64,000 bases of DNA from an uncultured delta proteobacterium (GTDB lineage: Bacteria; Desulfobacterota; Desulfomonilia; UBA1062): assembly GCA_963798485.1 (NCBI GenBank), contig CAWCTR010000007.1, positions 480,001 through 544,000 of the forward strand, written 5' to 3'. Made by a program: the position numbers and the translations under genes. Numbering within the stretch: the first letter of the stretch is position 1; each line of letters begins with the position of its first letter. The notes under the pieces are model-generated. The model worked only from the letters and a program-made list of their open reading frames with translations. It did not search any database and was not told where the DNA came from. Of this stretch, positions 30,229 through 40,330 are shown one piece after another.

Positions 30229-30852
30229 TTACTGATGGGACGTGCCCTGTGTAATGGAGGTCAGAGAACCGGCAATCTCCCGGCTGAAGGAATCGAGAAC
30301 GCGGTTATAGGCATAGACAAGGGCATTGTAATCATGTGAGAGCACAGGTTCTCTGTACTTGGAAACCTTGGCGATAAGCACCCTTTGACTCTGTTCATCA
30401 ATAATGGACCATTGAACATTGAGCAAGGCCTGACCCCCAAGTGTTCCATCAAGGCGAATCACGTCTGCGGACAGTCTATATACGATCTGTTTCGTCCCTG
30501 CCTTTGGCATGATCACGATGTCGGAGCATGGCACTGAGTTCAGGTTATGTGCGATCACGCGGGTGAGCATATCTTTTAATGGTTCAGCCCAGACATTGAG
30601 CTCTGAAAGCTTGAACTCGTTTTCATTAACCTTTGTCATGATCTGCGGCCGGTCAAGGTAGCGGGGCAGATTGATCGGGTTGATCCCCAGGGTGAAGATC
30701 CTGTCATGTTGACAGGATTGGGGAGATTCCTTCAGGGGATGTTCAAGGGCATTCAGGACAAAGAACCTTGTGGGTTGTGAAGCTGCGCACCCTGTCAGCA
30801 TAATGGTGCTCATGCAGAAAAGGATAGAGATCAGCAAGCCTCGCATTGTCAT
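30229..30852 (-). CDS. PqiC-family lipoprotein
   Basis: Lipobox LTGC, YLDRPQI, WAEPL. Confidence 0.85.
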   Translation of the reverse strand: MTMRGLLISILFCMSTIMLTGCAASQPTRFFVLNALEHPLKESPQSCQHDRIFTLGINPINLPRYLDRPQIMTKVNENEFKLSELNVWAEPLKDMLTRVIAHNLNSVPCSDIVIMPKAGTKQIVYRLSADVIRLDGTLGGQALLNVQWSIIDEQSQRVLIAKVSKYREPVLSHDYNALVYAYNRVLDSFSREIAGSLTSITQGTSHQ

Positions 30853-30856
30853 GATT

Positions 30857-31834
30857 TCATTCTCCCTGAGAGTCTTTTTTGCCATGCAACAGGGCTTCGG
30901 GATGACGATTGAGATAGTCGGACAGGGTGCGGAGCGAATCCGAGGCCTCGGAGATCTTTTCCAGTGTCTGGGAGAGCTGCTCGAGCGCCGGAGAATCACC
31001 TGAGCTTGCGTTCTCTACGGCCTTGAATGTCTTGGCGGCCTGTACCATGGCTGCACGGGCCGCTTCGGCTGTTTGTTCAATGCCGGCCTGGAGGGAGGTT
31101 GAGTGTTTGTCAAAGTTCTGCACCATCTTTCTCGAGTCTGCCAGTGTCCCTTTAATATCCGATGCTATAGGTCCGACATTGTTGTTGATATTTTCGATCA
31201 GCCTTCTCATGTCTTCAAGGGCAAGGTTCATGGTATGGATGCTGTTCATGAGTTCAGGGGATGTCGCGGCCTTTTCCATCCCATCGATTGCCGATGTCAG
31301 TTTATTTACCATCACCCCGAGGGGCAGCTTTTCTAATGTCCTGGTGAATTCTTCGATGCTTGAAGGTATTGTCGGGATTTCAGGATACTTCGAATCCGAC
31401 CTGGTCAGCATTGCCGGTTTTTCCGGGTGGAAATCGAGCCCGACCAGAAGCTGGCCTGTAAGCAGATTCTGATACTGGAGTTGTGCCTTAAGACCCTGTC
31501 GGATCAGGGTATTGAGAAACGCCTGTGCGTCGATCTTGCCATGGGAATTCGTGATACTATTGGGGTCCAGCCCAGTGAGAACCGCAATCTGAACCGATTT
31601 TGTTTCAGGGTTGAAACGCAGGTTGATGTCGCTGACTGTCCCGACCTTGACACCCTTGAACATGACCGGCGCCCCGACATTGAGGCCCTTGACGGACCCA
31701 TCGAAAAACATGATAAAACTCGGCTGTTTGAAAAAATACTTGCCTACGCTGAAGGTCATAACCCCTATAATAAAGAGGATGACGGCACCCAAGACAAAGG
31801 CGCCCACTAACGTTTTACTCGGTTTTCCGCTCAT
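30857..31834 (-). CDS. MCE/MlaD-family protein
   Basis: SVKGLNVGAPVMFKGVKVG, helical tail, LNRHPEALL. Confidence 0.88.
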   Translation of the reverse strand: MSGKPSKTLVGAFVLGAVILFIIGVMTFSVGKYFFKQPSFIMFFDGSVKGLNVGAPVMFKGVKVGTVSDINLRFNPETKSVQIAVLTGLDPNSITNSHGKIDAQAFLNTLIRQGLKAQLQYQNLLTGQLLVGLDFHPEKPAMLTRSDSKYPEIPTIPSSIEEFTRTLEKLPLGVMVNKLTSAIDGMEKAATSPELMNSIHTMNLALEDMRRLIENINNNVGPIASDIKGTLADSRKMVQNFDKHSTSLQAGIEQTAEAARAAMVQAAKTFKAVENASSGDSPALEQLSQTLEKISEASDSLRTLSDYLNRHPEALLHGKKDSQGE

Positions 31835-31897
31835 CTCCTCTTATCCCTATTACCTATATCATATGGCATACAGGTCGATCAAAATAAGTCTCATCAA

Positions 31898-32674
31898 TCA
31901 TATCGAGTCCGTATGCCCCCTAGTGAGGAACGCAACCACCTTCGGGTCGTCAGACTCTTGGAGAAGCCTCTTGGGGTTCCCGAAGGCTAGTATTGTTTTG
32001 GCCTCCCGGTCAAGGAAGATCGATCTGTTCCCTATGGCGAATATGCTTGCCAGGTCATGGGTGATGACTACCACGGTAGTCTTGAGGCTGTCACTGAGTT
32101 CAAGGATCAGGTCATCCAAGAGGCGCGCATTGACAGGATCAAGCCCGGCCGACGGCTCGTCGAAAAACAAGATATCCGGGTCCAAGGCCATGGCACGCGC
32201 CAGCGCGGCCCGTTTCTGCATCCCGCCGCTGAGCTCGGATGGATATAAATCCTCAAAACCCCTCAGGCCGACAAGTGAGAGTTTGAGGGATACGATCTCA
32301 CTGACCTGTCCGGGGTTGAGATCGGTATATTCCTCAAGGGGCAGGGCCACGTTTTCTGCTAATGTCATGGAGCTCCACAGGGCATTCTTTTGATACAGAA
32401 TCCCGACTTGTTTCAGAATCCGGTTGCGGACATGGGTCTCCGATCCCCAGAAATCAATATCATCGTAAAAGACCCGGCCTTTAACCGGCTGCTTCAACCC
32501 GATTAAAAATTTCAGCAGGGTGCTCTTTCCGCAGCCGTTTCCGCCCATGATGATGAAGATATCCCCACGGGCTATGGTGAAACTCACGTTTTGAAGGACC
32601 GTGTAATTCTCATAGGCGAGCGTGAGGTCATCGACCGTGATGTGGGGAGGGTTCATGTTCTCCTCTGCGTTCAT
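31898..32674 (-). CDS. MlaF-like ABC ATPase
   Basis: GGNGCGKST, LSGGMQKR, DEPSAGLD. Confidence 0.9.
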   Translation of the reverse strand: MNAEENMNPPHITVDDLTLAYENYTVLQNVSFTIARGDIFIIMGGNGCGKSTLLKFLIGLKQPVKGRVFYDDIDFWGSETHVRNRILKQVGILYQKNALWSSMTLAENVALPLEEYTDLNPGQVSEIVSLKLSLVGLRGFEDLYPSELSGGMQKRAALARAMALDPDILFFDEPSAGLDPVNARLLDDLILELSDSLKTTVVVITHDLASIFAIGNRSIFLDREAKTILAFGNPKRLLQESDDPKVVAFLTRGHTDSI

Positions 32675-32684
32675 CTTTTCATGC

Positions 32685-33821
32685 CTAGATCTTGAGGATG
32701 CTCGTGATGACGGCAAAAATGCCGTCGGTTATAACGATTAATACGATGCCCACAACGACCGCCCTTGTCGCCGCATAGCCTACGGCAGAGGCGCTCCTGT
32801 CAACGTGCATTCCGTGGAAACACCCTGATATGGCGATAAGGACTGCAAAGGCTACACTCTTGATTATCCCGATGGAGAATTGGGTGAATTTGACGGCAAT
32901 TTGTGTCTGCTCGAAGTATTGGTTAAGGGAGATATCGTACATGCCTACACCCACGAATGCACCGCCTAGAATCCCCACGATGTCTGCATAGACACACAGG
33001 AGCGGCATCATCAAGACCAGTGCAATGATACGCGGCGCTACAAGAAATTCCATGGGTGAAATACCCAGGGTCTTCAATGCATCGATCTCCTCGTTGGTCT
33101 CCATGGTGCCGAGCTGGGTGGCAAAGGCGGCGCCTGTGCGGCCCATCATGATGATGGCCGTCATCATGGCGCCCATCTCGCGGGCCATGCCGATCCCTAC
33201 GAGATTGGCGATATAGATCTGAGCGCCGAATATCTTTAATTCGACTACGCCGACAAACCCGAGGATGAGCCCTACCAGCACACTGATAAGGGATACTATA
33301 GGTAAAGCCTGGGCCCCGCATTCATAAATGAGAAGCCCCAGATCCGAGCGGCGGTAACGGGCCTTTCCCCGGAGAAACCTGAGCAGTGCAATAAAGGCCT
33401 CGCCCAGGAACTCAAGCACGCTTAAAGAAGAGCGGATGAGTTTAAATGTGTGCTCCCCGATAGTGGTGAGAAAAGATACATCCGCCTTTATTCCCGGTAG
33501 GCCTTCTGATGCAATACTTCCTGAAGCGAGTCTTAACAGGCGCACCACACCCTGCGGCAGCCCGGCTATATCCATCGTGATCTCTGTGGAAGAACATCGG
33601 TTCGCAAGATTGACCAGGAAGGTGAGAAGGCTGCTGTCCCAGGCATCAAGATTGGAGCAATCGAAGGTGATGAGGCGTGTGCCGGGCCTCATGGCGGCCT
33701 GGTTCAAGACCTCATCCGTAGAAGGATGATCCTGTCCGATTTTCCAGGTGCCCTTCAGATGGACAAGAAGGGTCCCTTCTTCGCTTCGGCTGAAATTCAC
33801 TGTTCCCGGTGAATAGCTCAT
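32685..33821 (-). CDS. MlaE-family permease with N-terminal STAS-like domain
   Basis: WDSSLL, REMGAMMTAI, EEIDAL, VGYAATRAVV. Confidence 0.9.
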   Translation of the reverse strand: MSYSPGTVNFSRSEEGTLLVHLKGTWKIGQDHPSTDEVLNQAAMRPGTRLITFDCSNLDAWDSSLLTFLVNLANRCSSTEITMDIAGLPQGVVRLLRLASGSIASEGLPGIKADVSFLTTIGEHTFKLIRSSLSVLEFLGEAFIALLRFLRGKARYRRSDLGLLIYECGAQALPIVSLISVLVGLILGFVGVVELKIFGAQIYIANLVGIGMAREMGAMMTAIIMMGRTGAAFATQLGTMETNEEIDALKTLGISPMEFLVAPRIIALVLMMPLLCVYADIVGILGGAFVGVGMYDISLNQYFEQTQIAVKFTQFSIGIIKSVAFAVLIAISGCFHGMHVDRSASAVGYAATRAVVVGIVLIVITDGIFAVITSILKI

Positions 33822-33883
33822 TTTCCTCGTGTGTTCATAGGTATCGATTCACTAATAATCTGAATCCAACCATAATTCCACGT

Positions 33884-36734
33884 CTACATCTCCACCTTGA
33901 AGATGAAATTCGTGAAGCCCTCTTTCTCGTGGGTCTTGTATCCGGCCTGGATGCCGAATTCTATGGGCAGGACAGCCATCAGTATACATCTGTTCGTCAG
34001 GGTTGCACCTATCGATGTCTGTGCTATGCGGTTCCACGAATCCCAATCAAAACCTCCGTCCCAGCCCGCACCATAATCCACAAAGAGAGACCCTTTCAGA
34101 AGATCGCTATGGTAGGAATAGAGGCCGATGCCGCCATCGGTATAGAGGATCGGGAAATGGTACTCGCGCTGACATCAGGAGGTTCTTCTGTCTGTCAAGG
34201 CCCCCTTCCGGGTCGTCATCATGATAGCCCCTGGGTATGCTCAGATCCTTGTTGTAAAAGAGAAGGCCGCTCTGTGACTGATGGGTAAGGGTCAGCGCCA
34301 GACCCTGGTGTGTGAAATATGACGGAACATACTGTGTTATCGAGGCAAAACCGTTATAGCCGGGCAGCTCACCGCCGAGGGTTGACAGGCCCTTTTCATA
34401 AGAAAGGGAGACATCTTCCCCCCAGGATGACACCATGTCCCTGGGTGACGTATCCGGCGCCCTTTCAAGCTTGAACTCGCTGAAGACCCCTACGGATTGA
34501 TTATAATCATCGGAGATACGGACATTGTCATCCAGGCTGCTGAAATATCTCAGGCGAGGTCCGATGCGTAGTGATGACGTAATCGTGCTCGGCTCTATTT
34601 GATTGATCATGTTCACCCCGGCGGAAAGTTCGCCGCCCCTTTCCCGATACCAGTAGTCTTTCCCGTCTCCCACGGTATTGCCCTCTACTGACGTGTCATA
34701 GAGCCGCGCCGTCAGCGTGGGCCAGAACGATTTGTTGGTGAGGTTGATATCATAACCCGGCCTGTCGGATTTAAACCCGTACAGCAGATTAGCGGTATAG
34801 CTGTTTATCCCCACCGGGTCGGCCCCCATAAGGAGCACACCGGCCTGAGCCCCCTTCTCATCGGAGCTGAAATAGGGGATATGGACGAAGGGCTTGTACG
34901 CCTGCAAGGGGATGCCCGGAGAACCGGTAAAGGCGACGTCGGGCTGCAGCCGCTTCAGGTCGGGCTGTTCCATGCCCTGGGCCTCCAGGGTCGGAAACGG
35001 TTTGCCTGCTTGGGGATTGAAGGGCAGGGTGCAAATCTGTTTTACCCCCCTGATGGTATTGGAATATGACAGGTCCTTCCCATCCGGAGATATATGCGGG
35101 TCGCCTGCCAGGTAGGGTACCGATGTCAGTTGAAAGAGCTTTTTGTTTGCGAGGTCCCAGGCATAGATGTTCCAGATACCGCTGCGGTCCGAGGAGAAGA
35201 CGAGCCATTTCCCATCAGGCGAGAATTCCGGCTCGTTGTCTTCGCAGGTGTCGGAGGCGAACAGCAGCTCCATGGCCCCTGTCGCAGGGTTGACCAGGAC
35301 GATATCCGAGTTACGGCCGATCTTCACCACGGTAGCGATCTGAGAGCCGTCCGGGGACCAGCACGGCGCATCAAAGTACATGCCCGCCTTCGAGATCAGC
35401 GGCCTGATATTCGTCCCATCCGCATTGAGGAGCACCAGGTCGATCCACATACCGTTCCTGCGGGTGGCGACGAAGGTCTTTTTGTCCGGCGAGAGACAGG
35501 CGGAATAGATATGCGCCTGTTTTGTCAACCGCTCATGTTCTTTCGTCTTCGGGTCGAAGACCACAAGGTCGGTGGTGTCAATCTGCCCCTCGCCCAGGGG
35601 GTGATAGAATATCTCGGGCATAAGAAGGCGCCCGTCAGGCAGCCTTCGCGCCGAGAGGTTCGCCAGGATGCCTGTCTCAATTTCCGATACGGTCTTGCCC
35701 GTACCAGGGTCAACCTCCACCAGGGCGGTCTTCTTATCATAGCCTCTCCTGAGCCCGACGATCGTCCCCTGATCCGTCCAGAAGTGGGATTCAAGGCTGT
35801 CCAGGGTTTGGTCATCCGCAAGGACCACCTTGCCCTGGGGCAGGCCGGCCGAGAGGGCTTGGTCTCTGCTCGTGCGCGTAGAGGCCAGATAATCGCTTAA
35901 GAAATCCAAATAGAACTGCTGGGGGGATTTCCCGGTCACAAAGTTCAGTGCCTCAGCCGTGCCGCCCAGGGGATGCCGGGCCTGGTACCGGCTTAGGCGT
36001 GCGAAGGCGTCCTGCCCGTATGTCCGGTTCATATATTCGACCATATGGTACCCGGCCAGGTATATCCTTTCGCCTGGTGGGGCATACGGGGACGATACTG
36101 CCGCTGAGTTGAGGTCCCACAGGCCTTGCCCTTCGGTGAAGGACATCATCTCACCCTTGAAAAGTGTGGAGCGCCCGCGGCCTCCGTCGGTGAACATGGT
36201 CTCGGTATTGGTGGTAATACCTTCAAGGACCCATCCCGGTGAAAGGCCATTGGATATGGCAAGGCCGTCGCCAAGGACCTTGGTGAGCTCGCCGTACCAC
36301 CCGAGCCGTGTGGTAATATGGACATAGTGGGTATACTCATGGGTAAACACGAGGTCCATAAGGTCCGATTCAGGGCCGAAGCCCCGAACGGTATAGAGAG
36401 GTGTTTCATACAGGGATATCCTGTTGGGGAATATCCCCATGAACCCGTTGAAGATGTCCGTACCGGGGTCAAGGACTATGGGGCAGGGGCGCGGCTCAAC
36501 GCCGAAGTATCCTGTGATGTTCTTATGGACCTCCTCGCACAGTGAGAGCACGCGCTGGGCCAGCAGTTCATGGCCTTTGGGATAATAGATGATGAAGTTA
36601 TCCGTCTGAACCGTGCACCACTGCAACGCCGGGTCGTACCGCGCCGAGGCATATGGCGGTATTGCGAGGATCATAACCACGCAGACAAGGAAGATGGGTA
36701 ACTCCTTATGCACAAAACGAAGGAGGTATTTCAT
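33884..36734 (-). CDS. Large exported protein: gluzincin-like domain, PD40/TolB propeller and beta-strand-rich C-terminus (frameshift near 34166)
   Basis: Signal peptide, THEYTH..WVLEG, WSPDG/FSPDG repeats. A +1 shift continues as EYHFPILY...VDYGAG...FKVEM. Confidence 0.75.
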
Positions 36735-38119
36735 GGCGCGTCCTCTCTTTTATTTTCCCGTGCGATTCTCCTCTTGACATGATACACCTCCATGCCGGTT
36801 ATGCAGATGCTCAACCAGAAGAGCCCGCCTGCATAGCCTGCGAGCACATCGCTTAAATAGTGGGCCCGGAGGTATATCCGGCTGAAGCCGATCATGAACA
36901 CAATGAAGCCGGCCAGTGCCATGGAAAAGGTCTTAAGTCTCCATGAGTGCACTGCGCACACCAGCAGGTAGGCGATCATGCCATAGAATATCATGGAGGT
37001 CATGGCATGGCCGCTGGGGAAGCTCCAGCCATATGCGTCAACAAGGGTTGTCGCGCTGATGGGCCTTGGCCGGTGTATTATGGTTTTCAAAATGTTGTTC
37101 AGGAGGCTTCCCCCGACAATGGCCGCAGCAAACCCCGTAGCCTTGTCAAAATGCCTTTTCAGCAGCAGGTATGCAACAACGGCAATGGTGCATGGTGCGA
37201 TAAACCTGATGCCGCCCAGCTGTGTGATCGCCTCCATCACAGAGGTGGCCGGCGGCGATCTGAAATAAAGAACCCTGCCTACTACCCATCGGTCAACAGC
37301 CGCAAAGGGATCACCTGTGAGGATGTCTTTGGTGATGCCGCCTAATATCCACATGAAGACAGCACTTATGCCCAGGCCTATGGTGAGGTGAAGTCCCAGG
37401 TATGAGCCCGGCGAGAGCCTCCTGGCAATGAAGGACACAAACCCGGGGTGCTTCTGCTCAAACCTTCTGACTATCGAAGAAGAGGCTATTTCCCTGAACC
37501 ACTGGTAGATATCCTCCCGGTTCTTAGAGAGCTTTTCATAGAGATAAACGAACAAGGCGATAACCAGGATCATGAACAAAACGAACACCCCGGCCCTGCC
37601 TGCCCACCTTTCCACGAGCTGCCAGCTCTGCCCGAAGAAATATCCAAGGGAGGTGAAGCAGACGGACCAGATGATCCCGCCTGCTACGTTGAACAAGGCA
37701 AATCTTCCATAGGGCATGGCGGACAGGCCTGCCGTGAAAGGTGTCAAGGCGCGGAGAAGGTGGACAAACCTGGCCCAGAATACGGTCTTTCCCCCGTGCC
37801 TTGCAAAATAGCCTTCCACCTTGTGAAGGTGCTTGAGTTTGAACAGGAACAGCCTCTCATGCCTGAGGAAATATTCTCTCCCCATGGCCTTGCCCAGGGC
37901 ATACCCGGTGCTGTCGCCCAGGATCGCCCCAAGGGCAATCACTATCATGCAGTTCCCGAGCTCGAGATAACCTTGTGAAGCCAGGAACCCTGCCAGGACA
38001 ACCACGGTTTCGCCCGGTACGAGAACACCTAAGAATGCAGAGCTTTCGAGAAAAGGGGCCAGGAATATGAGTACATAGCCCCAGTTGCCCAGGGTGCTTA
38101 TGATGCTAAGAATTGTCAC
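36731..38119 (-). CDS. Bifunctional DedA / PAP2 phosphatase protein
   Basis: ESSAFLGVLVPGE (DedA); K..IHRPRP, SFPSGH, SRIYLRAHYLSDV (PAP2). Confidence 0.92.
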   Translation of the reverse strand: MTILSIISTLGNWGYVLIFLAPFLESSAFLGVLVPGETVVVLAGFLASQGYLELGNCMIVIALGAILGDSTGYALGKAMGREYFLRHERLFLFKLKHLHKVEGYFARHGGKTVFWARFVHLLRALTPFTAGLSAMPYGRFALFNVAGGIIWSVCFTSLGYFFGQSWQLVERWAGRAGVFVLFMILVIALFVYLYEKLSKNREDIYQWFREIASSSIVRRFEQKHPGFVSFIARRLSPGSYLGLHLTIGLGISAVFMWILGGITKDILTGDPFAAVDRWVVGRVLYFRSPPATSVMEAITQLGGIRFIAPCTIAVVAYLLLKRHFDKATGFAAAIVGGSLLNNILKTIIHRPRPISATTLVDAYGWSFPSGHAMTSMIFYGMIAYLLVCAVHSWRLKTFSMALAGFIVFMIGFSRIYLRAHYLSDVLAGYAGGLFWLSICITGMEVYHVKRRIARENKREDAP

Positions 38120-38272
38120 GGAATACCTCTAGTTTTTCCATGCCTTCTCCCGGGTCCTTATATCCTGTAAATCCGAGACAAACTCACAAAGGGTGCGCAT
38201 AGATATTACAAGGGAACGAGGATTCAAGGCAAGGGCAAGCGGGATATCCATCTAACTTTGCCGCAGTGCGCA

Positions 38273-38836
38273 TCACCGGCCGCCGAGTTCCTCCTCCAGC
38301 CGCCCGATGATATCTGCGACGTAATCGCCGAATCCCCAGCCGATGCCGTCGGCCATCTGCTCCACTCTCGCCAACCGGTCGCTGAACTGTGGATACATCT
38401 CCCGCACCTCACCGCGCAACAGGGCGGCCAGTTCTTCCAGGGCCGATTCCACGCTGCCGTAGAACCGTTCGTCAATGTCCCCAAACTCGTCGGTGAATCG
38501 CGTGCCGTTCTCGACATAAGTCATCAGCAGTTCCGCCGTGCCAAGGATGTTGCCCGTGGCCCTGCGGTAATCGCGGATGGCCTTGCGCGCCTCTCCCAGC
38601 TTCAGTTTGCCATCGCCCCGTGCAGGAAAGAACTGCTCAACGATCTTGCCCCGATACTTTTCCAGGGCCTCGCCGCCGCACTCTCCGTCCTGACAGCGGG
38701 CATGGACAAAGTCGCGGTTCACCCCGGCGGTTTCGTACAGGTCTTTCACCAGGGCGAGCAGCGCGGGTTTCTCCCAGGTGGCGAGTTGCTGGCGGACCGC
38801 GCTCCATCCGCCGGGTTTTTTGGTTGTCTTTGTCAT
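38273..38836 (-). CDS. Conserved hypothetical protein (DUF6155-like)
   Basis: AGGAGA RBS; KLGEARKAIRDY, FTDEFGDIDERFY, IGWGFGD. Confidence 0.7.
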   Translation of the reverse strand: MTKTTKKPGGWSAVRQQLATWEKPALLALVKDLYETAGVNRDFVHARCQDGECGGEALEKYRGKIVEQFFPARGDGKLKLGEARKAIRDYRRATGNILGTAELLMTYVENGTRFTDEFGDIDERFYGSVESALEELAALLRGEVREMYPQFSDRLARVEQMADGIGWGFGDYVADIIGRLEEELGGR

Positions 38837-38923
38837 GGTTTAAGTCTCCTGGGTTGGACTGGTTTCAGGCGAGGCAATGAATCGGGCGGAACGATCATGT
38901 CGTTCGGTGTAGGTTGGTTTCAT
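38833..38923 (-). pseudogene. Probable internally deleted small winged-helix regulator
   Basis: Start MKPTYTE joined out of frame to the tail IVPPDSLPRLKP..., whose TGA overlaps the next ATG. Confidence 0.4.
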
Positions 38924-38942
38924 AAAATTTTGTCGCCGGTCG

Positions 38943-39131
38943 TCATTCGATGAAGCCCTTGCCCGTCTTCTCGAAGTTCTCGCCAAGTGCTTCCAGATCG
39001 GATGACTTGATCGTTACACTGGGCTCAAGGCGGATGTTGGCGGGCGCGCCCCCTTCCGGGAAGAAGCGCCAGCCTGCCGCTTCGAGCAGCTTGTTGATCT
39101 TGATACGGGCTGAGGCTTCCTTATTTGCCAT
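38943..39131 (-). pseudogene. hsdR: N-terminal fragment of a type I restriction subunit R
   Basis: MANKEASARIKINKLLEAAGWRFF...NIRLEP...GFI, then a stop at 62 aa. Confidence 0.7.
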
Positions 39132-39335
39132 TATGGAGACTGTATCATGGGCCTTGAGTCATTTCTATATAATTGAAAAACCAGTAGTATTAACAACTTA
39201 TAATGGGCTTGACAGTCAAAGACTCCATCGGGTACGTTTTTACCCGAAACCTTGGAATTTTAAAGGCCATGACTTGCCATGAATGGTGTTCATTTAGCCG
39301 ATAGTGCGGTAGAGATAATTTAAAGGGGTACAGCC

Positions 39336-40259
39336 ATGAAAATCATTGTCTCCGGATCGCTGGCATACGACAGGATCATGGACTTTCCCGGATACTTCTC
39401 AGACCATATCCTGCCTGATAAGATACATGTCTTGAACATCTGTTTCCAGGTGAACAGCATGAAGGAGAAATTCGGCGGCACCGCGGGCAACATCGCCTAT
39501 GCGCTGACCCTGATGGGCGAGAAACCCGTCATCTCCGCCGCTATCGGCCATGATTACCAGCGGTATTTCGAAGGGCTTGCCAAAAATGGGATCTCTACCG
39601 AGGCCATCCGCATCATCGAGGACGATTTCACGGCAAGCGCCTACATAACCACCGACCGGGCAGACAACCAGATAACCGGTTTCCACCCGGGCGCCATGAA
39701 GTATACCTCTAAGCTGGATTTTGACAGGCTCGACCCCAAGGACACCATCCTCATCATCTCACCGGGCAACCTTGATGACATGGTGAACTATCCGCGCGCC
39801 TGCAAGGCAAAGGGGATCGGCTATATATTCGACCCCGGGCAAGCACTGCCCATGCTGGATGTGCAGGACCTGATCCAGGCAATAGACGGATGCAGGATAC
39901 TGATCACCAATGATTATGAGTTGGAACTGATCATGAGCAAGACCGGCTTGGACAAAAAGGCATTACTGAGCCGAGCAGGTGCCGTCATCACCACCTTGGG
40001 AGAACTGGGATCGCAGCTCTGCACACAAGAAGGCGAGGTACGTATTCCTGCAGGCAAGGCACGGCAGGTGGTTGATCCTACAGGCGCGGGAGACTCGTTT
40101 AGGGGCGGCCTTATCAGCGGCCTGGTACAGGGTAAGGATATCGAGCAGTGCGCCAGGATGGGCAGCGTTTGCGCCTCCTTTTCCGTAGAGTGCTATGGCA
40201 CGCAGGAATACTCTTTCAGCCTTGATGAATTCAACGAAAGGCTGTGTAACTGCTCCTGA
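39336..40259 (+). CDS. PfkB-family carbohydrate/nucleoside (adenosine) kinase
   Basis: GSLAYDRIM, GGTAGNIAY, FDPGQ, DPTGAGDSF. Confidence 0.9.
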   Translation: MKIIVSGSLAYDRIMDFPGYFSDHILPDKIHVLNICFQVNSMKEKFGGTAGNIAYALTLMGEKPVISAAIGHDYQRYFEGLAKNGISTEAIRIIEDDFTASAYITTDRADNQITGFHPGAMKYTSKLDFDRLDPKDTILIISPGNLDDMVNYPRACKAKGIGYIFDPGQALPMLDVQDLIQAIDGCRILITNDYELELIMSKTGLDKKALLSRAGAVITTLGELGSQLCTQEGEVRIPAGKARQVVDPTGAGDSFRGGLISGLVQGKDIEQCARMGSVCASFSVECYGTQEYSFSLDEFNERLCNCS

Positions 40260-40330
40260 TGAGGGCCTGACAACCTCAAGACAAAATGGCTTGATATGGC
40301 TGGAGAATCCTTTTATAAAGGGCGCTAACC

